A DNA stretch of 47,233 bases from Coleofasciculus chthonoplastes F2-STO-03 (GCA_040222015.1 JAVJWO010000154.1:1-47233); one strand, 5' to 3'; numbered from the stretch's first letter, positions 1 to 9,165 are shown. A program made the numbers and translations. Notes: generated by a model from the letters alone, not told the origin.

Positions 1-36
1 GATTTATCGCCATCCCCAAAAAATCCCACGAATCGC

Positions 37-65
37 TTGATTTATGTTCTGATTTAAGGTACTAT
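37..65 (+). promoter_or_regulatory. Putative sigma70 promoter in repeat copy 1
   Basis: TTGATT(37-42)-N17-TACTAT(60-65); both hexamers are identical in copy 2. Confidence 0.55.
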
Positions 66-290
66 TTCATCATGGGAAAATGTGCGCTCCTATAACCCCC
101 TTTTCAGGAACATTGGCATCCCTGACCAGAAACTCTAAATCCAGAATTATTCTCCTTGAACTTATCCATCAACCGCGATCGCGAATGAGATGGTGTTGAA
201 TCCATACAACAAACCCGTTGAATAAACCCGCCGTCATAACCCACCAAGTTATCGAATTTCTCACCATCCCCAAAAAATCCCACGAATCGC

Positions 291-319
291 TTGATTTATG
301 CTCGGATTTTATGTACTAT
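291..319 (+). promoter_or_regulatory. Putative sigma70 promoter in repeat copy 2
   Basis: TTGATT(291-296)-N17-TACTAT(314-319). Confidence 0.55.
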
Positions 320-461
320 TTCACCATGGGAAAATGTGCGCTCCTGTAACCCCCTTTTCAGGAACATTGGTATCCCTGACCAGAAACTCTAAATCTCAGA
401 ATTATTCTCCTTGAACTTACCCCGCGCCAGCATATATACTGCCAATGGTGCGATAGATTGG

Positions 462-527
462 GTTCGTAGTGAGGGCTTCAGCCCTCTCCAGCTAGGCGGA
501 GAGAGAACTAAAGTTCTCACTACAAAC
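462..527. repeat. GTAG-type REP doublet (REPIN-like inverted repeat)
   Basis: GTAGTGAGGGCTTCAGCCCTC ... GAGAACTAAAGTTCTCACTAC; each half is a small hairpin and the two halves are inverted. Confidence 0.75.
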
Positions 528-605
528 AAAGTCCTATTTTAGTTGGGTCACAGCACTACTGGATTGACACAGCTAAAATGATGGAATAGATTTTACCATT
601 GAATC

Positions 606-629
606 GGGCGCAAGTCTTTGCGCCCCTAC
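606..629 (-). repeat. GTAG-type REP palindrome
   Basis: GGGCGCAAGTCTTTGCGCCCCTAC, a hairpin ending in CTAC (GTAG on the minus strand). Confidence 0.7.
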
Positions 630-714
630 GGTTTTGCGGCTAATGGTTAATTCATCTTGCTAAGGTGTGCCACGCCACTACTGGCTTTGACATAAGACGA
701 ATGACAAATAACAA

Positions 715-3700
715 ATGCCAACTCACGATATCATCGACAACCGCAACCAAAAACTCGTAGACAGTATTAACTGTATCCTCGACTCCTCAGACGCCGCCCA
801 TTTTGCTGTCGGTTATTTCTTCCTGTCTGGTTTCATCGCCATCGCCCCCCGCCTCGCCACTATCAAGGAAATGCGGTTACTTATCGGTAATACCAGCAAC
901 CGCGAAACCATCGAACAACTTGCCGAAGGATATCGCCGCTTAGAACTTATTAAAGACCAAATCGAAGCCCAAACCTATCCCAAACGCATCCTCCGCCAGG
1001 AAATGGTAGCCCAAACAGCCGAAAATATCCGTTCTAGCGTGGAATTAATGGATCAAACCGATGCAGCGGAAACCTTGGTGAAAAACCTGGTACAAATGAT
1101 CGAAGAAAAACGCTTACAGGTGCGAGTATATACCAAAGGACGACTCCACGCCAAAGCCTACATCTTCGACTATGGTAAAGTTTATAACCAATTGGGACAA
1201 CTCGTCGATCGCGCCGAAAATGGTATTGCTGTTGTTGGTTCCTCTAATCTCAGCTTATCCGGCATTTCCCATAATACTGAACTCAACGTCATTGTTCACG
1301 GAAACGACAACCACCAACAACTCACCCACTGGTTTAACCAACTCTGGGAAGACGCCGAAGACTTCGACGAAACCCTAATGCAGCAGATGCAGCAGTCGTG
1401 GGTAATGGCGCCAACCCGCCCCTACGATATTTATATGAAAACCCTCTATATGTTAGTCCGCGATCGCATCCAGGAGGAAAACCGAATTGAAATTATCGCC
1501 GATGACGCGATTACCCATAAACTCGCCGACTTCCAAAAAGTAGCCGTTAACCAAGCCATCAAAATTATCCGTGACTACGGCGGCTGTTTCGTCTCCGATG
1601 TCGTTGGCTTAGGGAAAAGCTTTATCGGCGCCGCGATTGTCAAACGGTTTGAACAAGTTGAACACGCCCGCCCTTTAATTCTTTGTCCCGCCCCCCTCAT
1701 AGAAATGTGGGAACGTTACAATGAAGTCTATCATCTCAATGCCCGTGTCCTTTCCCTGGGAATGCTGCGAGATGATACCGACAATGGGAAAAACCGTCTC
1801 CTCAACGACTTCCGCTATAAAGATAGAGACTTTATCCTTATCGACGAAAGCCACAACCTCCGCAACCCTAGCACCCAACGCTACAAAATCGTAGAAACCT
1901 TCCTCGCCACTGGGAAACAATGCTGCTTCCTCACCGCCACCCCCCGTAATAAAAGCGCCTGGGATATCTATAACCAAATTAAACTCTTCCACCCCGACGA
2001 CAAAACCGACTTACCCGTAGACCCCCCGGATTTAAAAGCTTACTTTAAATTAGTCGAAAAAGGCGATCGCGACTTACCCAATTTATTATCCCACATCCTG
2101 ATCCGCCGCACCCGCAACCACATTCTCCGTTGGTACGGCTTCGACGCCCAAACCCATCAACCTGTCGAACCCGCCAACTTTTCCGCCTACCTCACCGGGA
2201 AACGCCGCGCCTACGTGATTGTGGGCGGGAAGCACCAATTTTTCCCCAAACGCCAATTAGAAACCATTGAATACAGCATCGAAGATACCTATCAAGGCTT
2301 ATACCAACAACTGCGCCACTATCTCGGAAAATCCCGCCAACGCCAACTCACCAATCCCCCCGCCAATGAACTCTGTTATGCCCGTTATGGTATAGGCAAT
2401 TATGTCTTAAAACCCAAGCAGAAACAAGACCCCTATTCCAGCTTACAAACAGCCGGAGCGAACCTGCGCGGACTCATCCGAGTGCTACTCTTCAAACGTT
2501 TCGAGTCTAGCGTCGAAGCTTTCCGAGAAACCGTGAACAAACTCCTCAACGCCCATTATCTATTTGAGAAAGCCTTAACTCAAGGATTTGTTCCCGCTGG
2601 GGAGGAAGCCCAATCCATTCTTTATGAACCCAACCAAGGCGAAGAACAAGACATTATTGATGCCTTACGTCACGCCTCTGGAAAATACAAACTCGCCGAC
2701 TTCGATGCCGAACGCCTACACCAGCATATTCACCATGATATCCAACTCTTCGAGAAAATTCTCGCCTTAGTTCAACCCATCACTCCCGCCCAAGATACCA
2801 AACTACAAACCCTAAAAACTTGGCTAAACCAAGCCCCCTTAACCAACAGTAAACGTCTCATCTTCACCCAATACGCCGACACCGCCCGTTACCTCGACGA
2901 AAACCTCAACCCCGACGGGAAACAGGATGATATTGACGTTATTTATAGCGGCGATAAAAGTAAAGCCCGTATCGTCGGTAGATTCGCCCCCAAAGCCAAC
3001 CCCGACTATCAATTTAGCCGAAATGAATCAGAAATTAACACCTTAATTGCCACCGATGTCCTCGCCGAAGGACTAAACTTACAAGATGGGAACTTAATCA
3101 TTAACTATGACCTGCATTGGAACCCAGTGCGCTTAATTCAACGGTTTGGTCGCATCGACAGAATTGGCAGTGAAAATGATATCGTTTACGGCGTTAACTT
3201 TTTACCCGAAACGGGTTTAGACAAAAATCTCGGCTTACGTCGCATCCTCGCCAACCGCATCGCCGAAATCCACGAAACCATCGGCGAAGATGCCGCAATT
3301 CTCGACCCCACGGAACAAGTCAACGAAGAAGCGATGTACGCCATCTATGAGAAAAATGGCGATAGCCAGCAACTGAGTTTATTTGAGGATAATGGGGAAT
3401 TTTTAGACCTAAATGAAGCTGAGGAAATCCTGCGCCAGTTACAAAAAGATGACCCAGCCGAATACAAACGCATCGCTAATTTACCCCACGGTATCCGCAC
3501 GGCTAAATTCTCCCTAAATAAAGGATTATTCGTGTTCTGCGAAGCCTCCTATCCCAATCGCCCTGAGTTAAAAGGGTATCAGCAGTTAGTCTTACTCGAT
3601 GACAAAGGAGAGATTGTATCACGGGATATGTCCCGCATTTTAGGACGACTAAAAAGCAGTGCCCAAGAGGAAGGATTATCCTTACCCCAAGATTATAATG

Positions 3701-4074
3701 TGGCGGTGATGAAAATTAAACGTCAATTTGCCGAAGACGTAAAACATCGCCAAGCAGAACGGGACTATAGCCGCCATCTTAGCCAAGGACAAAAATATAG
3801 TTTACGCGAACTCCGACTCTTTTTTGAAACAATTAACGATGAGGACATCAAAGCCCAAATTAATCTATTAGAAAAAGCCTTCCGCGAACCCGTCACCACA
3901 GGACTCAAGCGCGAGTTAAATCGGCTAAAACGGGATATTATAACCGGGAATGAACTGTTTGTCAAACTTAAGCAACTTTACGCCCAATATAACCGACACG
4001 AATGGCTAAACCGTCGGCAAAAAAGTGAGGATTACTTAATTCCGATAATTGTTTGTAGTGAAGCCTTGGTTTGA
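715..4074 (+). CDS. PLD-family nuclease domain fused to SNF2-like SF2 helicase (R-M/defence-associated type)
   Basis: HKD motif HAKAYIFD plus GSSNLS; Walker A DVVGLGKS; Walker B DESH; motif III TATP; motif VI QRFGRIDR; 1119 aa. Confidence 0.9.
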   Translation: MPTHDIIDNRNQKLVDSINCILDSSDAAHFAVGYFFLSGFIAIAPRLATIKEMRLLIGNTSNRETIEQLAEGYRRLELIKDQIEAQTYPKRILRQEMVAQTAENIRSSVELMDQTDAAETLVKNLVQMIEEKRLQVRVYTKGRLHAKAYIFDYGKVYNQLGQLVDRAENGIAVVGSSNLSLSGISHNTELNVIVHGNDNHQQLTHWFNQLWEDAEDFDETLMQQMQQSWVMAPTRPYDIYMKTLYMLVRDRIQEENRIEIIADDAITHKLADFQKVAVNQAIKIIRDYGGCFVSDVVGLGKSFIGAAIVKRFEQVEHARPLILCPAPLIEMWERYNEVYHLNARVLSLGMLRDDTDNGKNRLLNDFRYKDRDFILIDESHNLRNPSTQRYKIVETFLATGKQCCFLTATPRNKSAWDIYNQIKLFHPDDKTDLPVDPPDLKAYFKLVEKGDRDLPNLLSHILIRRTRNHILRWYGFDAQTHQPVEPANFSAYLTGKRRAYVIVGGKHQFFPKRQLETIEYSIEDTYQGLYQQLRHYLGKSRQRQLTNPPANELCYARYGIGNYVLKPKQKQDPYSSLQTAGANLRGLIRVLLFKRFESSVEAFRETVNKLLNAHYLFEKALTQGFVPAGEEAQSILYEPNQGEEQDIIDALRHASGKYKLADFDAERLHQHIHHDIQLFEKILALVQPITPAQDTKLQTLKTWLNQAPLTNSKRLIFTQYADTARYLDENLNPDGKQDDIDVIYSGDKSKARIVGRFAPKANPDYQFSRNESEINTLIATDVLAEGLNLQDGNLIINYDLHWNPVRLIQRFGRIDRIGSENDIVYGVNFLPETGLDKNLGLRRILANRIAEIHETIGEDAAILDPTEQVNEEAMYAIYEKNGDSQQLSLFEDNGEFLDLNEAEEILRQLQKDDPAEYKRIANLPHGIRTAKFSLNKGLFVFCEASYPNRPELKGYQQLVLLDDKGEIVSRDMSRILGRLKSSAQEEGLSLPQDYNVAVMKIKRQFAEDVKHRQAERDYSRHLSQGQKYSLRELRLFFETINDEDIKAQINLLEKAFREPVTTGLKRELNRLKRDIITGNELFVKLKQLYAQYNRHEWLNRRQKSEDYLIPIIVCSEALV

Positions 4075-4081
4075 CGGAAGA

Positions 4082-4151
4082 TGGGGAAGCTGGGGAAGCT
4101 GGGGAAGACTTCGGCGTGAGCGCTCAGTCGAACGCTGGGGAAGCTGGGGGA
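4082..4151 (+). repeat. GGGGAAGCT 9-mer tandem repeat interrupted by a short dispersed repeat (CTTCGGCGTGAGCGCTCAGTCGAAC)
   Basis: Directly visible units with a palindromic insert at about 4109-4133. Confidence 0.7.
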
Positions 4152-4277
4152 GATGTAAGGGCAAATTTTATCATTAACGGGAAGGTTTTAACCCTGATGT
4201 CACTCAATGTAATCAGTGTAACTAATCTCTCACTTCTCTACCTCACTCTCTCTAATAAATCCGTGAAATCAGTGTTT

Positions 4278-4368
4278 TGACAAATGACAAATGACAAATG
4301 ACAAATGACAAATGACAAATGACAAATGACAAATGACAAATGACAAATGACAAATGACAAATGACAAA
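4278..4368 (+). repeat. Heptamer tandem repeat (TGACAAA)x13, STRR-type
   Basis: 13 perfect copies; the last overlaps the GGT start codon. Confidence 0.97.
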
Positions 4369-5956
4369 TAACCTAACTCACTATCCCTACCCTTCAACGC
4401 GACGGGTAATTATGGGCAAGCATGGCGCTGTCGCCACCAGCCAACCCCTCGCCACATTAGCGGGGATGGAGATGATTTGGGCGGGGGGGAATGCTGTTGA
4501 TGCGGCGTTAGCGATCGCGATCGCACTCACGGTAGTTGAACCCACCTCAAACGGAATTGGCTCTGACACCTTTGCCTTAGTCTGGGATGGTCAGTTACAT
4601 GGACTCAACGCCTCCGGTAAAAGTCCTCAAGCCTTAAGTTTAGACCACTTCACCGGGATGGAAGATATCCCTCAACGGGGGTGGTTACCCGTCACCGTAC
4701 CCGGATGCGTCTCTGCTTGGCGAACATTATGGCAACGGTGGGGGAAATTACCCTTTGAGCAATTATTTGCCCCAGCGATTCGTTATGCTCGGTCAGGATA
4801 TCCGGTTTCCCCAGTTACCGCAACGGCTTGGAAACAGGCGGAGGCGATTTTCCTCCCCCTGAAGGGGCGAGAATTTGAACCCTTTAAATCTGTATTTTTT
4901 CCGAATAACCGGGCGCCGCATCCGGGAGAGGTGTGGGGAAGTGAGGCTCATGCCCAAACCTTAACCCAGATTGCCCAAACGGGGGGTGAATGCTTTTATC
5001 AGGGAGACATGGCTCGTGCGATCGCGAATTTTGCGGCGGATACGGGTGGCTTATTAACCGTAGCCGATTTCGCCGCCCATCAAGCGGATTGGGTTAACCC
5101 GATTTCCACCACCTATCGAGATTTAAACGTCTGGGAAATTCCCCCCAACACCCAAGGATTAACTGCACTAATCGCCTTAAATATCCTGGAAGGATTCGAC
5201 TTAAGTCAATATCCCCGTGACTCCGTAGAAAGCTATCACCTGCAAATTGAAGCGATGAAGTTAGCATTTGCCGATGCCAAGCGTTATATCGCCGATCCTC
5301 GATTTATGGACATGACAGTTGAGCAGCTACTGGATAAAGACTATGCCCAAACTCGTCGCCAGTTAATCACAGAAACCGCAATTCCCTTAGCCCAACCCGG
5401 TTTAGCCAAAGGCGGAACCGTCTATTTAGCCGCCGCCGATGGGGAGTTGATGGTGTCGTTGATTCAATCCAATTATCAAGGGTTTGGCAGTGGGATTCTG
5501 ATTCCAGGTACAGGTATTGCCCTGCACAATCGGGGATGTGGGTTCACCTTAGCCGCCGCTCATCCCAATCAAGTCGCACCCGGAAAGCGTCCCTATCATA
5601 CAATTATTCCCAGCTTTCTCACCCAAGACGGTCAACCCTTGGGTCCCTTTGGCGTCATGGGGGAATATATGCAACCCCAGGGACATCTACAAATGGTGGT
5701 GAATCTGGCAGACTATAGCATGAATCCCCAAGCGGCACTAGATGCCCCACGATGGCAGTTTATCGCCGGGAATCAGGTACTTTTAGAGCCAAACGTACCC
5801 TCTGACGTGGCTTTGGCACTTGCCCAACGGGGACATGATATTGAAATGAGTGCCGATGGGAAACGATTTGGCAAGGGTCAGATAATTTTACGGCAGGGAG
5901 GCGTTTTCGTTGCCGCATCTGAACCCCGTGGGGATGGGTTGGCGTTGGCACAGTAG
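4361..5956 (+). CDS. ggt: Gamma-glutamyltransferase family protein (YwrD-like Ntn hydrolase)
   Basis: GGNAVDAA, TVVEPTSNGIG, VTVPG, GGT(V) nucleophile, LHNRG, PGKRPYHTIIP, EPRGDG motifs. Confidence 0.92.
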   Translation: MTNNLTHYPYPSTRRVIMGKHGAVATSQPLATLAGMEMIWAGGNAVDAALAIAIALTVVEPTSNGIGSDTFALVWDGQLHGLNASGKSPQALSLDHFTGMEDIPQRGWLPVTVPGCVSAWRTLWQRWGKLPFEQLFAPAIRYARSGYPVSPVTATAWKQAEAIFLPLKGREFEPFKSVFFPNNRAPHPGEVWGSEAHAQTLTQIAQTGGECFYQGDMARAIANFAADTGGLLTVADFAAHQADWVNPISTTYRDLNVWEIPPNTQGLTALIALNILEGFDLSQYPRDSVESYHLQIEAMKLAFADAKRYIADPRFMDMTVEQLLDKDYAQTRRQLITETAIPLAQPGLAKGGTVYLAAADGELMVSLIQSNYQGFGSGILIPGTGIALHNRGCGFTLAAAHPNQVAPGKRPYHTIIPSFLTQDGQPLGPFGVMGEYMQPQGHLQMVVNLADYSMNPQAALDAPRWQFIAGNQVLLEPNVPSDVALALAQRGHDIEMSADGKRFGKGQIILRQGGVFVAASEPRGDGLALAQ

Positions 5957-6155
5957 GGGCGGGTTTAGGCACTCAATGTTGAATCCCACCGATAACATCT
6001 GTAGCAAAACCCGCCCTTGCTCACCCCAAATCAAAATAATACAACACGATGTAGGGGCGGGTTTAGGCACTCAATGTTAAATCCCACCGATAACATCTGT
6101 AGCCAAACCCGCCCTGACTCACCCCAAATACCCCAAATCAAAATAATACAACACG
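5953..6155 (+). repeat. Tandem duplication (~98-bp unit) of a GTAGGGGCGGGTTT...AAACCCGCCCT REP element
   Basis: Units start at 5953 and 6051 and are near-identical, including the trailing CCCCAAATCAAAATAATACAACACG. Confidence 0.9.
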
Positions 6156-6656
6156 CTTATCGTCAACCCCTGGCAATATCACTTTACACTTCTTCGCATA
6201 AATACATGGCTTGGCGCAAAACTAATTCGCTGGCTGAAGACAAGGAACTAGCCGAAACTGCACGAATTATTAAGGGTTTGGGCAATTGCAAACCTATTTA
6301 AGTCAATAAAAAGCCCCAATGTATAATATTCTACCCCAAATCGAAGAATCGCGGAAACCCTTATAATTCCGTCGATTTGTTGGGAAAATGCCACAAAAAG
6401 GGGAGTTTACGAAGTTTTATTACAACGCTAATTGCATTTAAATATTTTAACTATCGCTAGGCATGACATAGTTTAAACTTGTTATTAGCTGAGAATCTGC
6501 CTTACACAGGAGGTTAAAACTGTTGCCTGTTGCCTGTTGCCTCCCCTCCTCACAACTTATGCAGCCACCCCTCTATAAGAAAGATCGTCATTAATTTGTC
6601 ATAACCCTGTCACACCCCCTTTCTAAAGTAGAGAGTGAAGCAAGTTCCCTCTAGTT

Positions 6657-7130
6657 ATGCACCGTTCCAATAATTCGATGATTCTCCTCAATGAGCAAGG
6701 TATAGAAATTGATGATATTACCCGCAAGCGCTGGGAACGAGATATCTATAACCGTTTTCAAGAAGCCAGGGAACGCTTTCCAGAATTTTTTCCCTGCTTT
6801 GAAATCAGAAACTATCCAGTTAACCGACTCTATTATTCGATTCACTTTCAGCCATTGACCCAATACGCTGAACGATTAACTCGCCACCGTCCTGATTTTC
6901 CCCATACTGAAACATTTAAACCCATTGAAATGCTGTGGGATGAAGGCGGTAAAAGTGAATTAGACCGCTTATTTGCACGCTTTCCCACTCAGCGATCGCT
7001 AAAACCTGCCAAACCAAACTGGGCAAATCGTTTGTGGACTAGCCAGATTCCTGATATAGCAGTAGACACATCGATTAGGACTTTCGTCACCATTGTAGAG
7101 ACGCGCCATGGCGCGTCTCTACATAAATGA
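6657..7130 (+). CDS. Hypothetical protein; C-terminus replaced by MITE-derived sequence
   Basis: 157-aa ORF; the last ~24 codons (including VETRHGASL) are translated repeat. Confidence 0.6.
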   Translation: MHRSNNSMILLNEQGIEIDDITRKRWERDIYNRFQEARERFPEFFPCFEIRNYPVNRLYYSIHFQPLTQYAERLTRHRPDFPHTETFKPIEMLWDEGGKSELDRLFARFPTQRSLKPAKPNWANRLWTSQIPDIAVDTSIRTFVTIVETRHGASLHK

Positions 7131-7160
7131 TGTGTCCTAACAGCTATGGCGGTTGCTATA
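7055..7160. mobile_element. MITE with TA target duplication carrying an internal REP palindrome (IS630-like ends, inferred)
   Basis: Ends TATAGCA...TGCTATA; inner inverted TTAGGAC/GTCCTAA; the right half recurs inverted at 33916-33981. Confidence 0.75.
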
Positions 7161-7188
7161 TCTTCAAGACGCCGAGGATTAGCAACCG

Positions 7189-7602
7189 TTAAATCCCTGT
7201 GGTAGAGGCTATCTCCTCCAAGGAGTAATCCGCCAAGGGTTTGTCTCGACTATATAATCCCTTATGTTGGTGATATTGAATAATCGACTCTCCGGAAAAC
7301 CAATCGAGGGCAGTACGCACCCAGAACCATCCCGGATCAGGAGAGGTTTCTAAGCACACGGGTATCTGTTCACCTGTCCTGTGAGCAACCAAGTGATGGG
7401 TGGGTTTAAACATGCCCTTTTCCGGTTTTCGGGTGGCTGACGCTTTCTTCTTCTTCGGCGCACAGTTGAGACAGTATTTCGGTGGCGTACCCGGATAACA
7501 TTCGCGAGTCGTCGCCTGATGGCACTTGGCACAGATGAATGTGACTGGGCGGGTATGAATGGTTCTAGCGTGGGCGCGAACAATAAAGGTTTTGGACGGC
7601 AT
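7189..7602 (-). CDS. Hypothetical protein with N-terminal zinc ribbon (two CxxC)
   Basis: CAKC...CLNC followed by a basic KKKK linker; 137 aa. Confidence 0.75.
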   Translation of the reverse strand: MPSKTFIVRAHARTIHTRPVTFICAKCHQATTRECYPGTPPKYCLNCAPKKKKASATRKPEKGMFKPTHHLVAHRTGEQIPVCLETSPDPGWFWVRTALDWFSGESIIQYHQHKGLYSRDKPLADYSLEEIASTTGI

Positions 7603-7815
7603 TGGTTTTGTAGGGAACAGGGAACAAAAAGATTTCGCCTTGCATTTAGACGCGCTATATAACAGAATTGATAAGAGTTGAATTGTCGTGATATTTTTGA
7701 TCGGGCGATCGCGTTTTGCTGAAACTATACCCTATCGATTGAGTCAGGGTTAGTTGCGCTTGATACTGATTGGTTAAGCCGCAACGTAACCCGACTTGCT
7801 TGAGCGATAACTCCC

Positions 7816-9021
7816 TTAATCAGGTAAGCTATACTGTCCCACAATTCGCTTAGCAAACTCTGGAATATGTGCCGCTAATTTCTCTGGGTGATGGCGCTTC
7901 ACATAGAGATAATTGCGGGTAAAGTGGGAGTCAATCGAGAAACGAGCATACTCCAATCCTTTCGGACCAATCTTTTCAATCACCACCCCCATTAATTTGG
8001 CTGCCCACATCGGTAAGGTGACGCCTTTATCATACGCCGGAATACTCTGTTGCACGGCTTGATGTCGGTCACCCTTAGACGTAACCGATTGAGTTTCTAG
8101 CTGATTTTGCACCAGATCCAGCATTTCCTGTCCCCGGTCATTTCGCACCACAATCCATTGCCAACCAAAGGGTGCGCCCATGTAACCGACAACTAAATCT
8201 GCTAGGGAGTTGACATAATCAAAACAACTCATGCAAGACGGGGCAAATACATCCTTAAGTTCTTTGGTATTCAATCCGAAGAAGGGGACTTTCTCAATTG
8301 AACCATCTTCATGCTTAAAGTGAACTTGAAAGTCCTGCATAAACTCGTAATGCACAACTGTATCAGGAGACTTACTGGTGGTGTCTAGGAATTTCTGCAA
8401 GCCAGCGCGGGTGACATTATCCACACAGGGCGTCCCCAGAACATAGAGTTTTTCTAAGCCCAGTTCTTTTTCCACCGCCCGTAATGCTTGAATTTGACAG
8501 CCGACGCCAATTACTAACAGGCGTTTCATCCCCGACTGTTCAATTTGTTCTAAGACTGACAGGTTAGGAGACAGGGTTGGCTTATTCACCCGGGCGGCGA
8601 GAATCTCCTCTGGAGTTCGGGCGATAATCGGCATCGGTTGAAAACGGTCTTCTTTGGTATTCTGGACACAGACAACGCCTTCAACTTTGCCACTGGTGAG
8701 CATTTCAATGGCAATGGTGCTGACAATTCCAGTCCACTGCGCCCCTTCAATGGGTTGAAGTTTCCGCGCCGCCATCATGTTCTGGTTAACACCGAAATAC
8801 CAATCATCGGGATTATCCAGATTCCGGCTACGTCCATGGGTTTGGGTTTCTAATTCGGGAATCTGTTGGTTAAGAAAGGCACAAGCTTCCTTGACATAAT
8901 GAATATAGTATGTATCACACAGACCACATTCGCTACAGAGTTCCTTGGCAGGGCGGATCGTCCCTGGTTTCAAGGCTTTGGCTTTTTTGTGTTTGGCGGA
9001 GTTGGGAGTAGTCGCAGTCAT
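7816..9021 (-). CDS. bciB: Ferredoxin-dependent 8-vinyl reductase (F420 hydrogenase beta-subunit family, BciB/Slr1923-type)
   Basis: AKELCSECGLCDT, GAQWTGIV, GVGCQ, GTPCVDN, SCMSCFDY; ATG at 9021 preferred over the upstream GTG at 9060. Confidence 0.9.
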   Translation of the reverse strand: MTATTPNSAKHKKAKALKPGTIRPAKELCSECGLCDTYYIHYVKEACAFLNQQIPELETQTHGRSRNLDNPDDWYFGVNQNMMAARKLQPIEGAQWTGIVSTIAIEMLTSGKVEGVVCVQNTKEDRFQPMPIIARTPEEILAARVNKPTLSPNLSVLEQIEQSGMKRLLVIGVGCQIQALRAVEKELGLEKLYVLGTPCVDNVTRAGLQKFLDTTSKSPDTVVHYEFMQDFQVHFKHEDGSIEKVPFFGLNTKELKDVFAPSCMSCFDYVNSLADLVVGYMGAPFGWQWIVVRNDRGQEMLDLVQNQLETQSVTSKGDRHQAVQQSIPAYDKGVTLPMWAAKLMGVVIEKIGPKGLEYARFSIDSHFTRNYLYVKRHHPEKLAAHIPEFAKRIVGQYSLPD

Positions 9022-9165
9022 TGAAAAAGGATTTTCTCTTAACGGGAGTTCTTCTCTCACGATATCTTAGTTCGTCGTTGGGGATAAGAGCCTAATACTG
9101 AGTTGCGCTCAACGGTAATACAATGGATTTATAAATCATTCTAGATATAGACTCAAAGAGGTTCT

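Larger units (their letters stand above)
10..419 (+). repeat. Two direct repeats of ~155 bp (10-164 and 264-419)
   Basis: Manual alignment shows 7 substitutions and 1 indel; the ~99-bp spacer is unrelated and contains a HIP1 site. Confidence 0.95.

Noticed and set aside
10..419. CRISPR array or group II intron 5' end (GTGCG at ~82)
   Set aside because: Units are ~155 bp with only two copies and no cas genes; a 5-mer alone is insufficient and no domain V or RT is visible.
4071..4280. 69-aa ORF overlapping the helicase stop
   Set aside because: Largely a translation of tandem repeats (GEAGEA).
5760..6301. Short ORFs with PKPAPT / RGGF motifs
   Set aside because: Translations of the duplicated REP element.
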